From the NCBI GenBank assembly GCA_913020725.1, contig CAJWCD010000040.1, positions 1 through 25,362 of the forward strand: DNA of 25,362 bases, given 5' to 3'. The translations under genes and the position numbers were made by a program. This DNA comes from an uncultured Pseudomonadota bacterium. GTDB lineage: Bacteria > SAR324 > NAC60-12. The notes under the pieces were generated by a model. That model was not told the origin of the DNA and did not search any database. It saw nothing but the letters and a program-made list of their open reading frames with translations. Below, one piece after another: positions 1 through 8,393 of the stretch (its first letter is position 1; the number at the start of each line of letters is the position of its first letter).

Positions 1-432
1 CTCAAAAACTCGCTGATGCAGGATGAGTTGAAAGTGCTTCAGGACACCAGTGCAGGTAAGCAGTATGAGGAGATGCAACAACTCGCCCGCGCCCTCGTCC
101 TTTACCGCATTCAGGAACCACAAGCTCTGGAACTGACCCTGCTGGAGCTCATTAACGAGGGAGCGAATTTTCCAAAAGATTTGCTCATTCTCATGCTCGG
201 TGAAGCCAAGCGTCAACAAGGGATTCCGGAGGAAAGTCTGGGATTCTTTGTGACGATCATCACCGACTTTCCGGAAAGCCCCTACCTGAATTACGCGATC
301 TTCCAAGCCAGCGAACTGTTGGGTGAACTGGAGCAGCCAGACGAGCAAAGCGCCCTGCTGGATTCGCTCAGGGATGACCCCGGACGCTACGGTGAGCTTG
401 CCCGCGAACGCCTGCAAACGCTCGGTCAGTAA
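1..432 (+). CDS. 3' part of a TPR-repeat protein, resembling the C-terminus of CpoB/YbgF (5'-truncated by the window edge)
   Basis: The frame is open from base 1 (CTC AAA AAC TCG CTG ATG...) to TAA at 430-432. Helical TPR-like pattern LMLGEAKRQQG...FVTIITDFPESPYLNYAIF...GELARERLQTL; the 'F/YPxS' turn and the final 'A..RL..L' helix are typical of CpoB-like TPRs. Confidence 0.55.
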   Translation, partial: LKNSLMQDELKVLQDTSAGKQYEEMQQLARALVLYRIQEPQALELTLLELINEGANFPKDLLILMLGEAKRQQGIPEESLGFFVTIITDFPESPYLNYAIFQASELLGELEQPDEQSALLDSLRDDPGRYGELARERLQTLGQ

Positions 433-571
433 CTCACCTTCTCGTTGCGCAGTCGGCGGGTTGTTCTGCCTGCACTTGCGTTTTTTCACGTTACGCTGCA
501 ATTTTACATTTCACGGGCAGTCCCGGAGTTTCGGGAGTGGCACCCTTTTCACCATTGACAAAGGAGCAATC

Positions 572-2515
572 ATGCGGATCCACAGGAGTTTCCCCACAGG
601 AGTGCTGATTGGAGTGTTGTTGCTGTCGTTAACGCTTGGAGCCGGACTGGCTGGGGCGAAGGTGAAGGAGGAAAATTCTGGAAAAACCACGGACCAAGCC
701 TCTGGAGCAACTGCGGATGACGTGGACAAATCCGGCTGGACCAGCCTCTATCCGGAGGGGGATTTGGCCAAAATCATGGGCGAGGTGGTGACGAACCATC
801 TGGTGCAGAACAATGGCACTCAAGATTTCTACCAGGTTTCGGAGCCGGAGATCGCGTGGCTGGATGAGGTGAACCGGACGCGGCAGGAGTGGCAGTCGGA
901 ACTGTTGCGGCTGGAAATCGCCTACCGTACCGCGCTGAGCCAGCTCTTGCTTGACAAAGTGGAGCGCCACAACCGCAACTTGCTCCGCAAGCAGTACACG
1001 GACGCGATCAACCGCCTCCACGCCACCATCAATCAGCGCAATCAGCAGATTGCTGAACGCAAGAACCAGTACATCAAGGGTTTGGGAAAACTCAGTTTCT
1101 CGGCACTGGTGGTGGTGCGAGTGCCTTTTACAAAAGATCTCGCCAAGCGAGTTCAGAAACATAACCTGACCGATCACATCTTTTTGGAATCCGGCAAGGC
1201 TGCGTTGCAACAAATCCGGCGTAAGCACATGGTGCGCTTGGGGTTGCCGGTGAAGGAGGGCCTGCTCCGCAAGGTGTACCTTTATCCGGAGAACATCTCG
1301 CGCTACGACGCGCAGGCCAGGGAGTATGTGTACCTCTTCCAACGCGTGGAAGTCAGCCCTTTTGCCTTGGGAAGAGCAAACGCGAAAAAAAGGCAAAAAA
1401 CACTCAAGGTCATGGTGGATGTCCTCAGCACTCCCGAAGAGGTTGCCGCGTACTTGACGCAGGAAGGCGTGGGGGACGAGCGTTTGAGAAATTGGATTGC
1501 CAGCGAGTTGGCGTATCACGCCGCCAGCAATCGCTTTGTCCTAGGCAACACGTCCGGACGCTTGCAACAGTACGAGAACCAGCAGCAGGGCTTGCGTCGG
1601 GAAATCGCCGTCATCCTCGATCAGATTGACGAGTTGGTGCGGCAGAAAAAATCACTCAAGGACACGGGGGCCGTGGAGCGCAGTCAGGCGAAACTGGACG
1701 CCGCCGGGCAAGCTTACCGCGACCACTACTCCCGGCAGACGCTGTTCAGTTTTGCCAAGTACACGATTGACTTGGACACGGTGTATTTCAGCAACCGCCC
1801 AACTATTGGCATCGAGCAGTCCGTGGAGGTTCGTGGTGAGGAAGACAAGGCGCTCAAGATTCCGATCAGCAACCGCGACCTCAAGACCATTTTTCAGGAG
1901 ATGATGGTTTCTGCCAGCCAGACCCAGCGCTTCAACACGAAGGCCGAACCTCACCAAGTGTTCAAGGTGGAATCACTCAGCTATGGCTTGATCAAGGACC
2001 AGCTCAAGTGGACTCCTGTGAACGAGAAGTTCCGGATTCTCAAACTTGGTCGGGGCAACATCGGTTCCCGGACGCAGTATGTGGTGCATCTGGCGTTGCG
2101 TTCGGAGTTGGCAGGCTCGGCCTCCTTTCCGATGGTTTCGACAGGCGTGTGCGACTACATGGTGTTCTTTGATTCCGGAAGCCACTGGTTGACGGACAAA
2201 GCCAAGGAAGAACTGGAAAAAACGGCAGGCTGCTTGCGGAAGTATCCGGAGCAGACGGTTTATGTGAGAGGGCACACCGACTCGCGCCACGTCAAGTGGC
2301 TCAAGGGGCGCTCGGTGAGCAACAACGTTGACCTTGCCATGCGGCGAGCGGGGATGGTGTTCGATTACCTGCGCAGTTTGGGGTTTGATCCAAGGCGCTT
2401 TGAACTGGTGAGCTTCGGGGCTCGTCAGCCTGCGCAGAAAACCGGCAAGGACGAGTCGGTGAAGGGCAACCGCCGGGTACAGATTCTTTCCCGGCCGAAG
2501 ACGCTGTTTGAGTAG
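572..2515 (+). CDS. Secreted protein (647 aa) with long coiled-coil N-terminal region and C-terminal OmpA/Pal-like peptidoglycan-binding domain
   Basis: AAGGAG at 561-566 precedes ATG 572, in frame with the 323..2515 ORF. Signal peptide MRIHRSFPTGVLIGVLLLSLTLGAGLAGA. C-terminal OmpA motifs VFFDSGS..L, GHTDSR, NVDLAMRRA..V..YL...G, VSFG...P, NRRVQI. Confidence 0.85.
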   Translation: MRIHRSFPTGVLIGVLLLSLTLGAGLAGAKVKEENSGKTTDQASGATADDVDKSGWTSLYPEGDLAKIMGEVVTNHLVQNNGTQDFYQVSEPEIAWLDEVNRTRQEWQSELLRLEIAYRTALSQLLLDKVERHNRNLLRKQYTDAINRLHATINQRNQQIAERKNQYIKGLGKLSFSALVVVRVPFTKDLAKRVQKHNLTDHIFLESGKAALQQIRRKHMVRLGLPVKEGLLRKVYLYPENISRYDAQAREYVYLFQRVEVSPFALGRANAKKRQKTLKVMVDVLSTPEEVAAYLTQEGVGDERLRNWIASELAYHAASNRFVLGNTSGRLQQYENQQQGLRREIAVILDQIDELVRQKKSLKDTGAVERSQAKLDAAGQAYRDHYSRQTLFSFAKYTIDLDTVYFSNRPTIGIEQSVEVRGEEDKALKIPISNRDLKTIFQEMMVSASQTQRFNTKAEPHQVFKVESLSYGLIKDQLKWTPVNEKFRILKLGRGNIGSRTQYVVHLALRSELAGSASFPMVSTGVCDYMVFFDSGSHWLTDKAKEELEKTAGCLRKYPEQTVYVRGHTDSRHVKWLKGRSVSNNVDLAMRRAGMVFDYLRSLGFDPRRFELVSFGARQPAQKTGKDESVKGNRRVQILSRPKTLFE

Positions 2516-2539
2516 GAGAGTCAGCGGTGAGTGGGTGGC

Positions 2540-5500
2540 TCAGGCGCGTACTGGTTTGCCTTTGCGAAATTGGCCAGTGAAGGCAGACTTGCCTGCCTTG
2601 GAGAAGAGGGTGCCCTGCCCGTGCCGTTGGTTGTCCACCCACTCGCCCTCGTAGAACACCGTGCCGTCAGAGCGGTACTGTTTGCCAAGTCCGTTGAGTT
2701 TGCCCATCCGGAAGGTGCCCTCGAAGGCGAGTTGCCGCTTGGCGGTGAACACCTTGCCCTCGCCTTCACGCTGATCGGCAACCCAGCCTCCTTCGTAGAA
2801 AACCGAACCGTTGGCACGGAATTCCTTTCCGGAACCGTGGCGCTTGCCGTGCTGGAAACTCCCCTCGTAGGCCGGAACGCTCCCAGCGGCGTACAGCATT
2901 CCTGTCCCGTGGCGCTGATCCTGTGCCCATGAGCCTTCGTAGAGGAGGCTGCCGTTTTGGTAAAACTCCTTGCCAGAGCCGTTACGGAAGCCAACCTTGA
3001 AGTCGCCATGATAGGCGATGTTGCCATTATTGTAGTAGAGAACACCCGTGCCTTCGCGTTCGCCGTTGGTGTAGGTGCCTTTGTAGAAGACGAGTCCGTT
3101 TTTGTGATACTCGGCTCCCCGTCCCGTGCGGACTCCGGAGACGAAGGTGCCCTTGAAGGCAACGGAGCCATCTGGAGTGAAAATACGCCCCTCGCCGTGC
3201 CGCAAGCCCGCAAGCCACGCACCCTCGTAAAGCAGGGTGCCGCTTTCCCGGAACTCCTTGCCGGAGCCTTCCTGCTTGCCCTGCTGAAACTCGCCTTCGT
3301 AGAGCAACGCGCCGAAGGGGGAGCGGAACTGCCCCTGTCCATGCCACTGGTTGTTGGTGAACTCCCCCTCGTAGAGCAACTCCCCGTTTTTCCGGAATTC
3401 CTTGCCCTGACCTTCGCGGCTACCTTTGCGGAATTGTCCATCGAACACCAAATGGGCTTCCGGAGAAAAGAGCAAACCGCGCCCGTGTTTCTCGTTCTCC
3501 ACCCATGCGCCTTCGTAGAAAAGCGAGCCGTCCGTGCGGAATTCCTGTCCGGAGCCGTGGCGCTGGTTGCCCTTGAATGCTCCACGATAGACGGCGGTTC
3601 CCTCTAGGCTGAAGAGGATGCCCCTGCCCTGCTTTTGATCAATCTCCCAACTTCCGGTGTAGTAGAGGGTGCCGCCTTCAAGATATTCGGAGCCGAGGCC
3701 GTGACGGCGTCCTTCCCGGAATCCACCTTCATAGGCCAACTCTCCAGCGGGAGTGAGCAGTTTTCCGGAGCCGTGGCGCTGATCCTGTTCCCACTGCCCG
3801 TCGTAGAGCAAGGAGCCATCCTCACGGAACTGTTTTCCGGAGCCGTACCGCTTGGCGTCCTGAAACCCGCCCTGATACGCGAGATTGCCATTGGGGAAGT
3901 AGAGCGCACCTGTGCCATGCCAGCGTTGCTTTTTCCAAGCTCCATCATAGAGCAGGGAGCCATCCGCCCGGAACTCTTGGCCCATGCCGGAACCATTGAT
4001 GAGCTTGCCTTCAAAGGTGACACGTCCATCGGAGGCGAAGAGTTTTCCGGAACCGCTGCGCTCCCCATTCGTCCACTCGCCTTCAAAATAGAGCGAGCCA
4101 TCCTTGCGGAATTCTTGGCCGTGTCCGTGGCGTTCGTTGTCTTGGAAGCCACCCTCGAACGCGACCACGCCATCCGGAAAGAAAACCTTGCCTGCGCCGT
4201 GCTTCTGGTTCGCGCTCCAAGTGCCTTCGTAGTAGGGCGAGCCATCGTCCCGAAACTCGCGCCCTAGACCCTCGCGCTGACCGTTCCAGAAGCCACCCTC
4301 ATATGCGGTGGTGCCACTGAGGAAGAAGGCGCGGCCTTTACCGTGGCGTAGATCCTCTTGCCAGCCGCCCTCGTAGTAGAGTGAGCCGCCCTTGCGAAAT
4401 TCCTTGCCCTGCCCCTGTCGCTGTCCGTGAGCAAACTCGCCCTTGTAGAGTGGCACCTCACTGGAGTCAGTAGCGGTGTTGGAGTAGAAAAGCGTGCCCT
4501 CGCCGTGGCGCTGGCCGTCCTGCCACTGACCCGTGTAAAGGGGAGTGCCGTCGCCCTGATATTCGGTCCCGTGGCCGCGGATGGTGCCATTGCGGAACTT
4601 TCCTGCAAATGCAAGCATTCCCTTGGGGGTGAAGACTTCGCCGGGTCCGTGCCGCGTCCCGTCCTTAAATCCGCCTTGGTAGGTCAGCATGCCCTGCTCA
4701 TCGTATTCTTTGCCGGGACCGTTGAGGATGCCATCCGTGAACCGCCCTTTCAGGTAGGGGAGGCCGTTGGGATGAAACAACACTCCAACGCCCTGCTGGG
4801 CATCGTCTTGCCACTCGCCTTCGTAGTAGAGCGAACCACCGTCTCGAAATTCCTTCCCGTGTCCGTGGCGTTGTCCTGCCACGACCTCACCTTCGTAGGC
4901 AACCTGCTCCTCCCGAGTGTAGTATTTCCCGGCACCGTGATGCTCGTCATTCTGCCACTGCCCACTGTAGAAGAGTGAGCCGTCATCACGGAATTCTTCG
5001 CCGAAACCAATGCGGATGTCATCCACAAAGGCACCCACGTAAATCTTAGTTCCGTCTGGAGAGAAGAGCGAACCCTGCCCGTGCTTGCGGTCGTTCTGCC
5101 ACCCTCCGCTGTAGAAGAGCGAACCGTCATCGCGGTACTCATCTCCAGTTCCGGAGCGCATCCCGTTTGCCAAGGTTCCCCGAAAAGAAAGGGTGCTGTT
5201 GAGGGTGAAGAAGGTGCCGGAACCGTGCTTGGCACCGCTCGCAAATTCACCCTCGTAGTAAGGGGTGCCATCCTGACGGAACTCCTTGCCGATGCCTGCG
5301 GCAAGGCCATGCTGGAAACCGCCCTCGTAGAGCTTGGAGCCGTCCTCGTCGTAGAGCGCGCCTTGTCCGTGTTTTTGGTCGCCGCGCCAGTTGCCTTCGT
5401 AGTAGAGGACACCATTTTCCACGAGGTACTGGCCCGTGCCGTGGCGGTCTCCGTTTTGGAAACTTCCGGTGTAAACGTGCCCGTTGACGTAGGTGTAGGT

Positions 5501-8158
5501 GCCTTTGCCGTGCGGCTGGTCGTTTTGCCACTCGCCTTCGTAGGAGGAACCATCGGAGTGGTGGATAGTGCCTTTGCCGTGCTTTTGCCCTTCGTGCCAC
5601 GTCCCGGAGTAGTGGAGCTGGTCGTCTTTAAGAAAGTAGCTCCCCGTGCCATGCCATAATCCCTGCTGGAACTCTCCGGTGTAGCGCTCGCCATTGACGT
5701 AGGCGTAGGTGCCTTGCCCATGAGGCAGGTCGTTCTGCCACTGCCCGTCGTAGGAAGAACCATCCTCGTTGTGGATGACGCCCTGTCCGTGCTTCTGATC
5801 ATTCTGCCAGTCGCCGTCGTAGTAGAGGGTGTTCTTGTCGAGGAAATACTTGCCCGGTCCCTGCCGGATGCCGAGGTCAAACTCTCCGGAATAGCGGTTG
5901 CCGCTGGCATAGGTGTAGGTGCCGTGCCCGTGAAAGAGATCACCGACCCACTGCCCGTCGTAGGAAGAACCATCCTCGTTGTGGATGACGCCCTGTCCGT
6001 GCTTCTGATCATTCTGCCAGTCGCCGTCGTAGTAGAGGGTGTCCTTGTCGAGGAAGTACCTGCCCTGCCCTGCCCGGATGCCTTGCTTGAACCCTCCGGT
6101 GTAAATCTGCTTGTTGGTGTAGGTGTAGGTGCCTTCTCCATGAATCTGGTCACGGTCCCACATACCAACGTAGGAGGAGCCGTCTTCGTGAAAAATGGAA
6201 CCTTTCCCGTGTTTGCGGCCCTGTTCCCAACCGCCATCGTAGTGGAGGAAGTCTTTATTGAGGAAATACTTTCCCTGTCCGTGCCAGAGTCCGTTCTGGA
6301 AGGTTCCGGAGTAGGTTCGCCTATTCGCGTAGGTGTAGGTGCCTTTGCCGTGCGGTTGGTCCTTGTGCCAGATGCCAGCGTAGGAGGAGCCGTCATCAAA
6401 TTTGCTGGTGCCTTCTCCGTGCCGCAGTCCGTCTTGCCAGTCGCCCTTGTGCCACGGCTTGTTGTTCCGAAACAGTGTGCCTTCTCCATCGAGAACGAAC
6501 TCTCCTTGCCCGCTGGATTTCACTGTACCTTCATAGTGCTCGCTCTGTGCCTTGTTGATGTGCAGCGTCACCACACCCTCTGGAACTCCCATCTGCCAAC
6601 TTCCCTTGAGCAGCGGACTGCCGTCTTCGCGATGCAGGGTTCCTGCTCCGTGATAGGTTCCATCCCGAAAGCCGCCTTCGTATTGCAGGATGCCGCTGGG
6701 CCAGTAGCTCTTGCCGGAACCGTTGTACTTGCCGTCTCGGAGGTCGCCTTCGTAAACCGCACGGCGGTTGCTTCCGAACAGGATGCCCTTTCCGTGGAAC
6801 ACCACACTGCCGTTACTCTCAAGCCGGATTGGCCCTTGGTAGTGAGTTTGGTTTCCGGCATTGGTGTAAACGGTCATCTGGCCTTGGGGTTGTCCCAAAC
6901 GCCATTTCCCTTGGAGGTGGGGTCGTCCAGTCTCCCGAAAGAGGGTGCCTTTGCCGTGATACTTTCCTTTGGCGAACAGTCCCTCGTATTGTGGTCGTCC
7001 GTTTTCCCAGAAGAGCGAGCCTTTGCCCTGGTGCTGGTTTTTGGTAAATTTGCCCTTGTAGCGCACTCGTCCGTTGTCCCAGCGTTCCTGCCCGGAACCA
7101 TGCTTATGCCCGTTTTGGAACTCACCTGCGTAGGCGACTTTGCCTGTGGTTGTGAAAAGAACCCCCTGTCCGTGGAAGCGGTCGCCCTCAAGTTGCCCGA
7201 CGTAGCGTTTCTTGCCGTTGGGGTGGAAATAGAGCGTGGTGTAGGCCGCGATGCGGATTTCAGCGAATTCGACATGCTGCTTGAATCTAGAGTCGTTCCG
7301 GTGTTTTTTCAGGTAGGTTTTCCAGACGATGATCGGATTCTTGCGTAGTGCGGATTCGTTCTTTAGCGCCTCGAATTTTGCGGCATCAAATTGCAACTGC
7401 TCCAGTGCCTGTTCCGCATCGTGGATGCGGGGCTTTGCGTGAGCTTTGATCCGATAACGAGTGATGAAGCCCCGATACCCCTTGGATGTGTTCTGCCGCT
7501 TGGCTTGGGCATAATGCGTTTCAACGTCCTCAAGTTGCAACTCGGTGATGAGCACCTTTGCCTGTCTGATAAACGGCTGGGCTTCCGGAACCTTCCGGTA
7601 CTTCGCAGTGAAAAGACGAAGCGAAGCGGCGGAGTTCTTCTGCTTCGCCTGCGCAAATGCCTGCTTGAGCTTCTCGGTCGTCAACTCACTGGCCTGCTTG
7701 AGCTTTTCGGCAGTCAGTTCGCGGATACGAACGGTTGCGGTCTGCACCTCCGGGGAGTCCGGATTTGTGGATTCGTACTGCTGGAGGAACTTTCCGTAGG
7801 CCGCAATCGAGTCCTGCTGTTGCGTGGACCCAAAGTGCAACTCGCGGATGCGGTTTTCGGAGAGAGCGATTTGCTCCGTTGCCTCCGGAGTTTCCTTGTA
7901 GGCGGAGATGAAGCCTTGGTACGCCGGAACGGTGTCCTTGGCTTCGACTTGCCCGAAACGCAGTTCCCGGAGGCGGGTGCGGGACTTGGCTACGAACGGA
8001 GCCGCTTGGGGGTCCGGCTCATACTTGGTGATGTAGGCTTCGTAGGCTGGAATAGTGTCATCCTGCACCGCCTTCTCAAAATCAGGCTGGATGGTGGAAC
8101 AGCCAATCAGGAGGGCGGCAAACAGGGCTACGGCCCAGAGGGTGAATTGCGAAGGCAT
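2540..8158 (-). CDS. Giant MORN-repeat lipoprotein (1872 aa)
   Basis: Lipobox LIGC (Cys20) follows a hydrophobic stretch. About six helical repeats (D-T/S-x-x-A-Y-x-x-F/Y...R-I/L-R-E-L) lie in aa ~30-300, then a near-continuous array of Y-E-G-x-W/F-x-x-G/D-x-R/K-H-G-x-G motifs (MORN) runs from aa ~306 to the C-terminus. Confidence 0.92.
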   Translation of the reverse strand: MPSQFTLWAVALFAALLIGCSTIQPDFEKAVQDDTIPAYEAYITKYEPDPQAAPFVAKSRTRLRELRFGQVEAKDTVPAYQGFISAYKETPEATEQIALSENRIRELHFGSTQQQDSIAAYGKFLQQYESTNPDSPEVQTATVRIRELTAEKLKQASELTTEKLKQAFAQAKQKNSAASLRLFTAKYRKVPEAQPFIRQAKVLITELQLEDVETHYAQAKRQNTSKGYRGFITRYRIKAHAKPRIHDAEQALEQLQFDAAKFEALKNESALRKNPIIVWKTYLKKHRNDSRFKQHVEFAEIRIAAYTTLYFHPNGKKRYVGQLEGDRFHGQGVLFTTTGKVAYAGEFQNGHKHGSGQERWDNGRVRYKGKFTKNQHQGKGSLFWENGRPQYEGLFAKGKYHGKGTLFRETGRPHLQGKWRLGQPQGQMTVYTNAGNQTHYQGPIRLESNGSVVFHGKGILFGSNRRAVYEGDLRDGKYNGSGKSYWPSGILQYEGGFRDGTYHGAGTLHREDGSPLLKGSWQMGVPEGVVTLHINKAQSEHYEGTVKSSGQGEFVLDGEGTLFRNNKPWHKGDWQDGLRHGEGTSKFDDGSSYAGIWHKDQPHGKGTYTYANRRTYSGTFQNGLWHGQGKYFLNKDFLHYDGGWEQGRKHGKGSIFHEDGSSYVGMWDRDQIHGEGTYTYTNKQIYTGGFKQGIRAGQGRYFLDKDTLYYDGDWQNDQKHGQGVIHNEDGSSYDGQWVGDLFHGHGTYTYASGNRYSGEFDLGIRQGPGKYFLDKNTLYYDGDWQNDQKHGQGVIHNEDGSSYDGQWQNDLPHGQGTYAYVNGERYTGEFQQGLWHGTGSYFLKDDQLHYSGTWHEGQKHGKGTIHHSDGSSYEGEWQNDQPHGKGTYTYVNGHVYTGSFQNGDRHGTGQYLVENGVLYYEGNWRGDQKHGQGALYDEDGSKLYEGGFQHGLAAGIGKEFRQDGTPYYEGEFASGAKHGSGTFFTLNSTLSFRGTLANGMRSGTGDEYRDDGSLFYSGGWQNDRKHGQGSLFSPDGTKIYVGAFVDDIRIGFGEEFRDDGSLFYSGQWQNDEHHGAGKYYTREEQVAYEGEVVAGQRHGHGKEFRDGGSLYYEGEWQDDAQQGVGVLFHPNGLPYLKGRFTDGILNGPGKEYDEQGMLTYQGGFKDGTRHGPGEVFTPKGMLAFAGKFRNGTIRGHGTEYQGDGTPLYTGQWQDGQRHGEGTLFYSNTATDSSEVPLYKGEFAHGQRQGQGKEFRKGGSLYYEGGWQEDLRHGKGRAFFLSGTTAYEGGFWNGQREGLGREFRDDGSPYYEGTWSANQKHGAGKVFFPDGVVAFEGGFQDNERHGHGQEFRKDGSLYFEGEWTNGERSGSGKLFASDGRVTFEGKLINGSGMGQEFRADGSLLYDGAWKKQRWHGTGALYFPNGNLAYQGGFQDAKRYGSGKQFREDGSLLYDGQWEQDQRHGSGKLLTPAGELAYEGGFREGRRHGLGSEYLEGGTLYYTGSWEIDQKQGRGILFSLEGTAVYRGAFKGNQRHGSGQEFRTDGSLFYEGAWVENEKHGRGLLFSPEAHLVFDGQFRKGSREGQGKEFRKNGELLYEGEFTNNQWHGQGQFRSPFGALLYEGEFQQGKQEGSGKEFRESGTLLYEGAWLAGLRHGEGRIFTPDGSVAFKGTFVSGVRTGRGAEYHKNGLVFYKGTYTNGEREGTGVLYYNNGNIAYHGDFKVGFRNGSGKEFYQNGSLLYEGSWAQDQRHGTGMLYAAGSVPAYEGSFQHGKRHGSGKEFRANGSVFYEGGWVADQREGEGKVFTAKRQLAFEGTFRMGKLNGLGKQYRSDGTVFYEGEWVDNQRHGQGTLFSKAGKSAFTGQFRKGKPVRA
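5738..6055. repeat. Near-exact intragenic direct repeat, 210-nt offset (5738-5845 vs 5948-6055)
   Basis: 5738-5832 and 5948-6042 are identical over 95 nt, extending to 108 nt with one mismatch. Both copies encode YFLDK(D/N)TLYYDGDWQNDQKHGQGVIHNEDGSSYDGQW. Confidence 0.95.
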
Positions 8159-8196
8159 ATCTTGAATTTATGAGTCAACGACAACTTACAAAGGAT

Positions 8197-8213
8197 AGCA
8201 AAGCCTAAGCCAA
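8197..8213 (-). promoter_or_regulatory. Putative sigma54 (RpoN) -24/-12 promoter for the MORN lipoprotein gene
   Basis: The minus strand reads TTGGCTTAGGCTTTGCT: TGGC-N7-TTGCT with exact GG-N10-GC spacing, about 40 nt upstream of the ATG at 8158. Confidence 0.6.
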
Positions 8214-8326
8214 ATGCCCATGTGACCATAAGCATTGCAGGCTGCCATTGGCTGAAAGCTTGAAGGTCGCAATTAAGAAACTGATCAAAAGCACGTTTTC
8301 GGGATACTTTGAAAACCGGGCTTGCC

Positions 8327-8355
8327 TTGAAATTTCGGTGGGAACAAGACAGAAT
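8327..8355 (+). promoter_or_regulatory. Putative sigma70 promoter for ispG
   Basis: TTGAAA (8327-8332), 17-nt spacer, CAGAAT (8350-8355), ending about 38 nt before the ispG ATG. Confidence 0.4.
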
Positions 8356-8393
8356 TCGGAGGTGTCCAAATCCTTCGTTTCCAATGTTCCGAC

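Noticed and set aside
449..486. Hairpin GGCGGG/TCTGCC followed by a T-run, as an intrinsic terminator
   Set aside because: The stem is short with G:U pairs and the T-run is offset from its base; too weak to call.
538..552. TGGCAC as a sigma54 -24 box (also GGCAC..TTGC at ~9627-9638)
   Set aside because: The -12 GC is absent or mis-spaced (not GG-N10-GC).
323..571. N-terminal 83-aa extension of the 323..2515 ORF
   Set aside because: It overlaps the upstream gene and looks non-coding. ATG 572 has a strong SD and begins a signal peptide.
2675..6400. Periodic 144-nt and 210-nt DNA repeats as a CRISPR array or DGR template/variable repeat
   Set aside because: The repeats are in-frame coding units without unique spacers. 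There is no cas gene or reverse transcriptase, and the near-identical pair has a single mismatch rather than many adenine-specific changes.
2521..7348. Long alternative-frame and antisense ORFs in the MORN gene (e.g. 4750..6489, 5714..7348) and others opposite valS, the yejM-like gene and gcvP
   Set aside because: Shadow ORFs expected from GC-rich, repetitive coding DNA. They show no family motifs and fully overlap well-supported genes.
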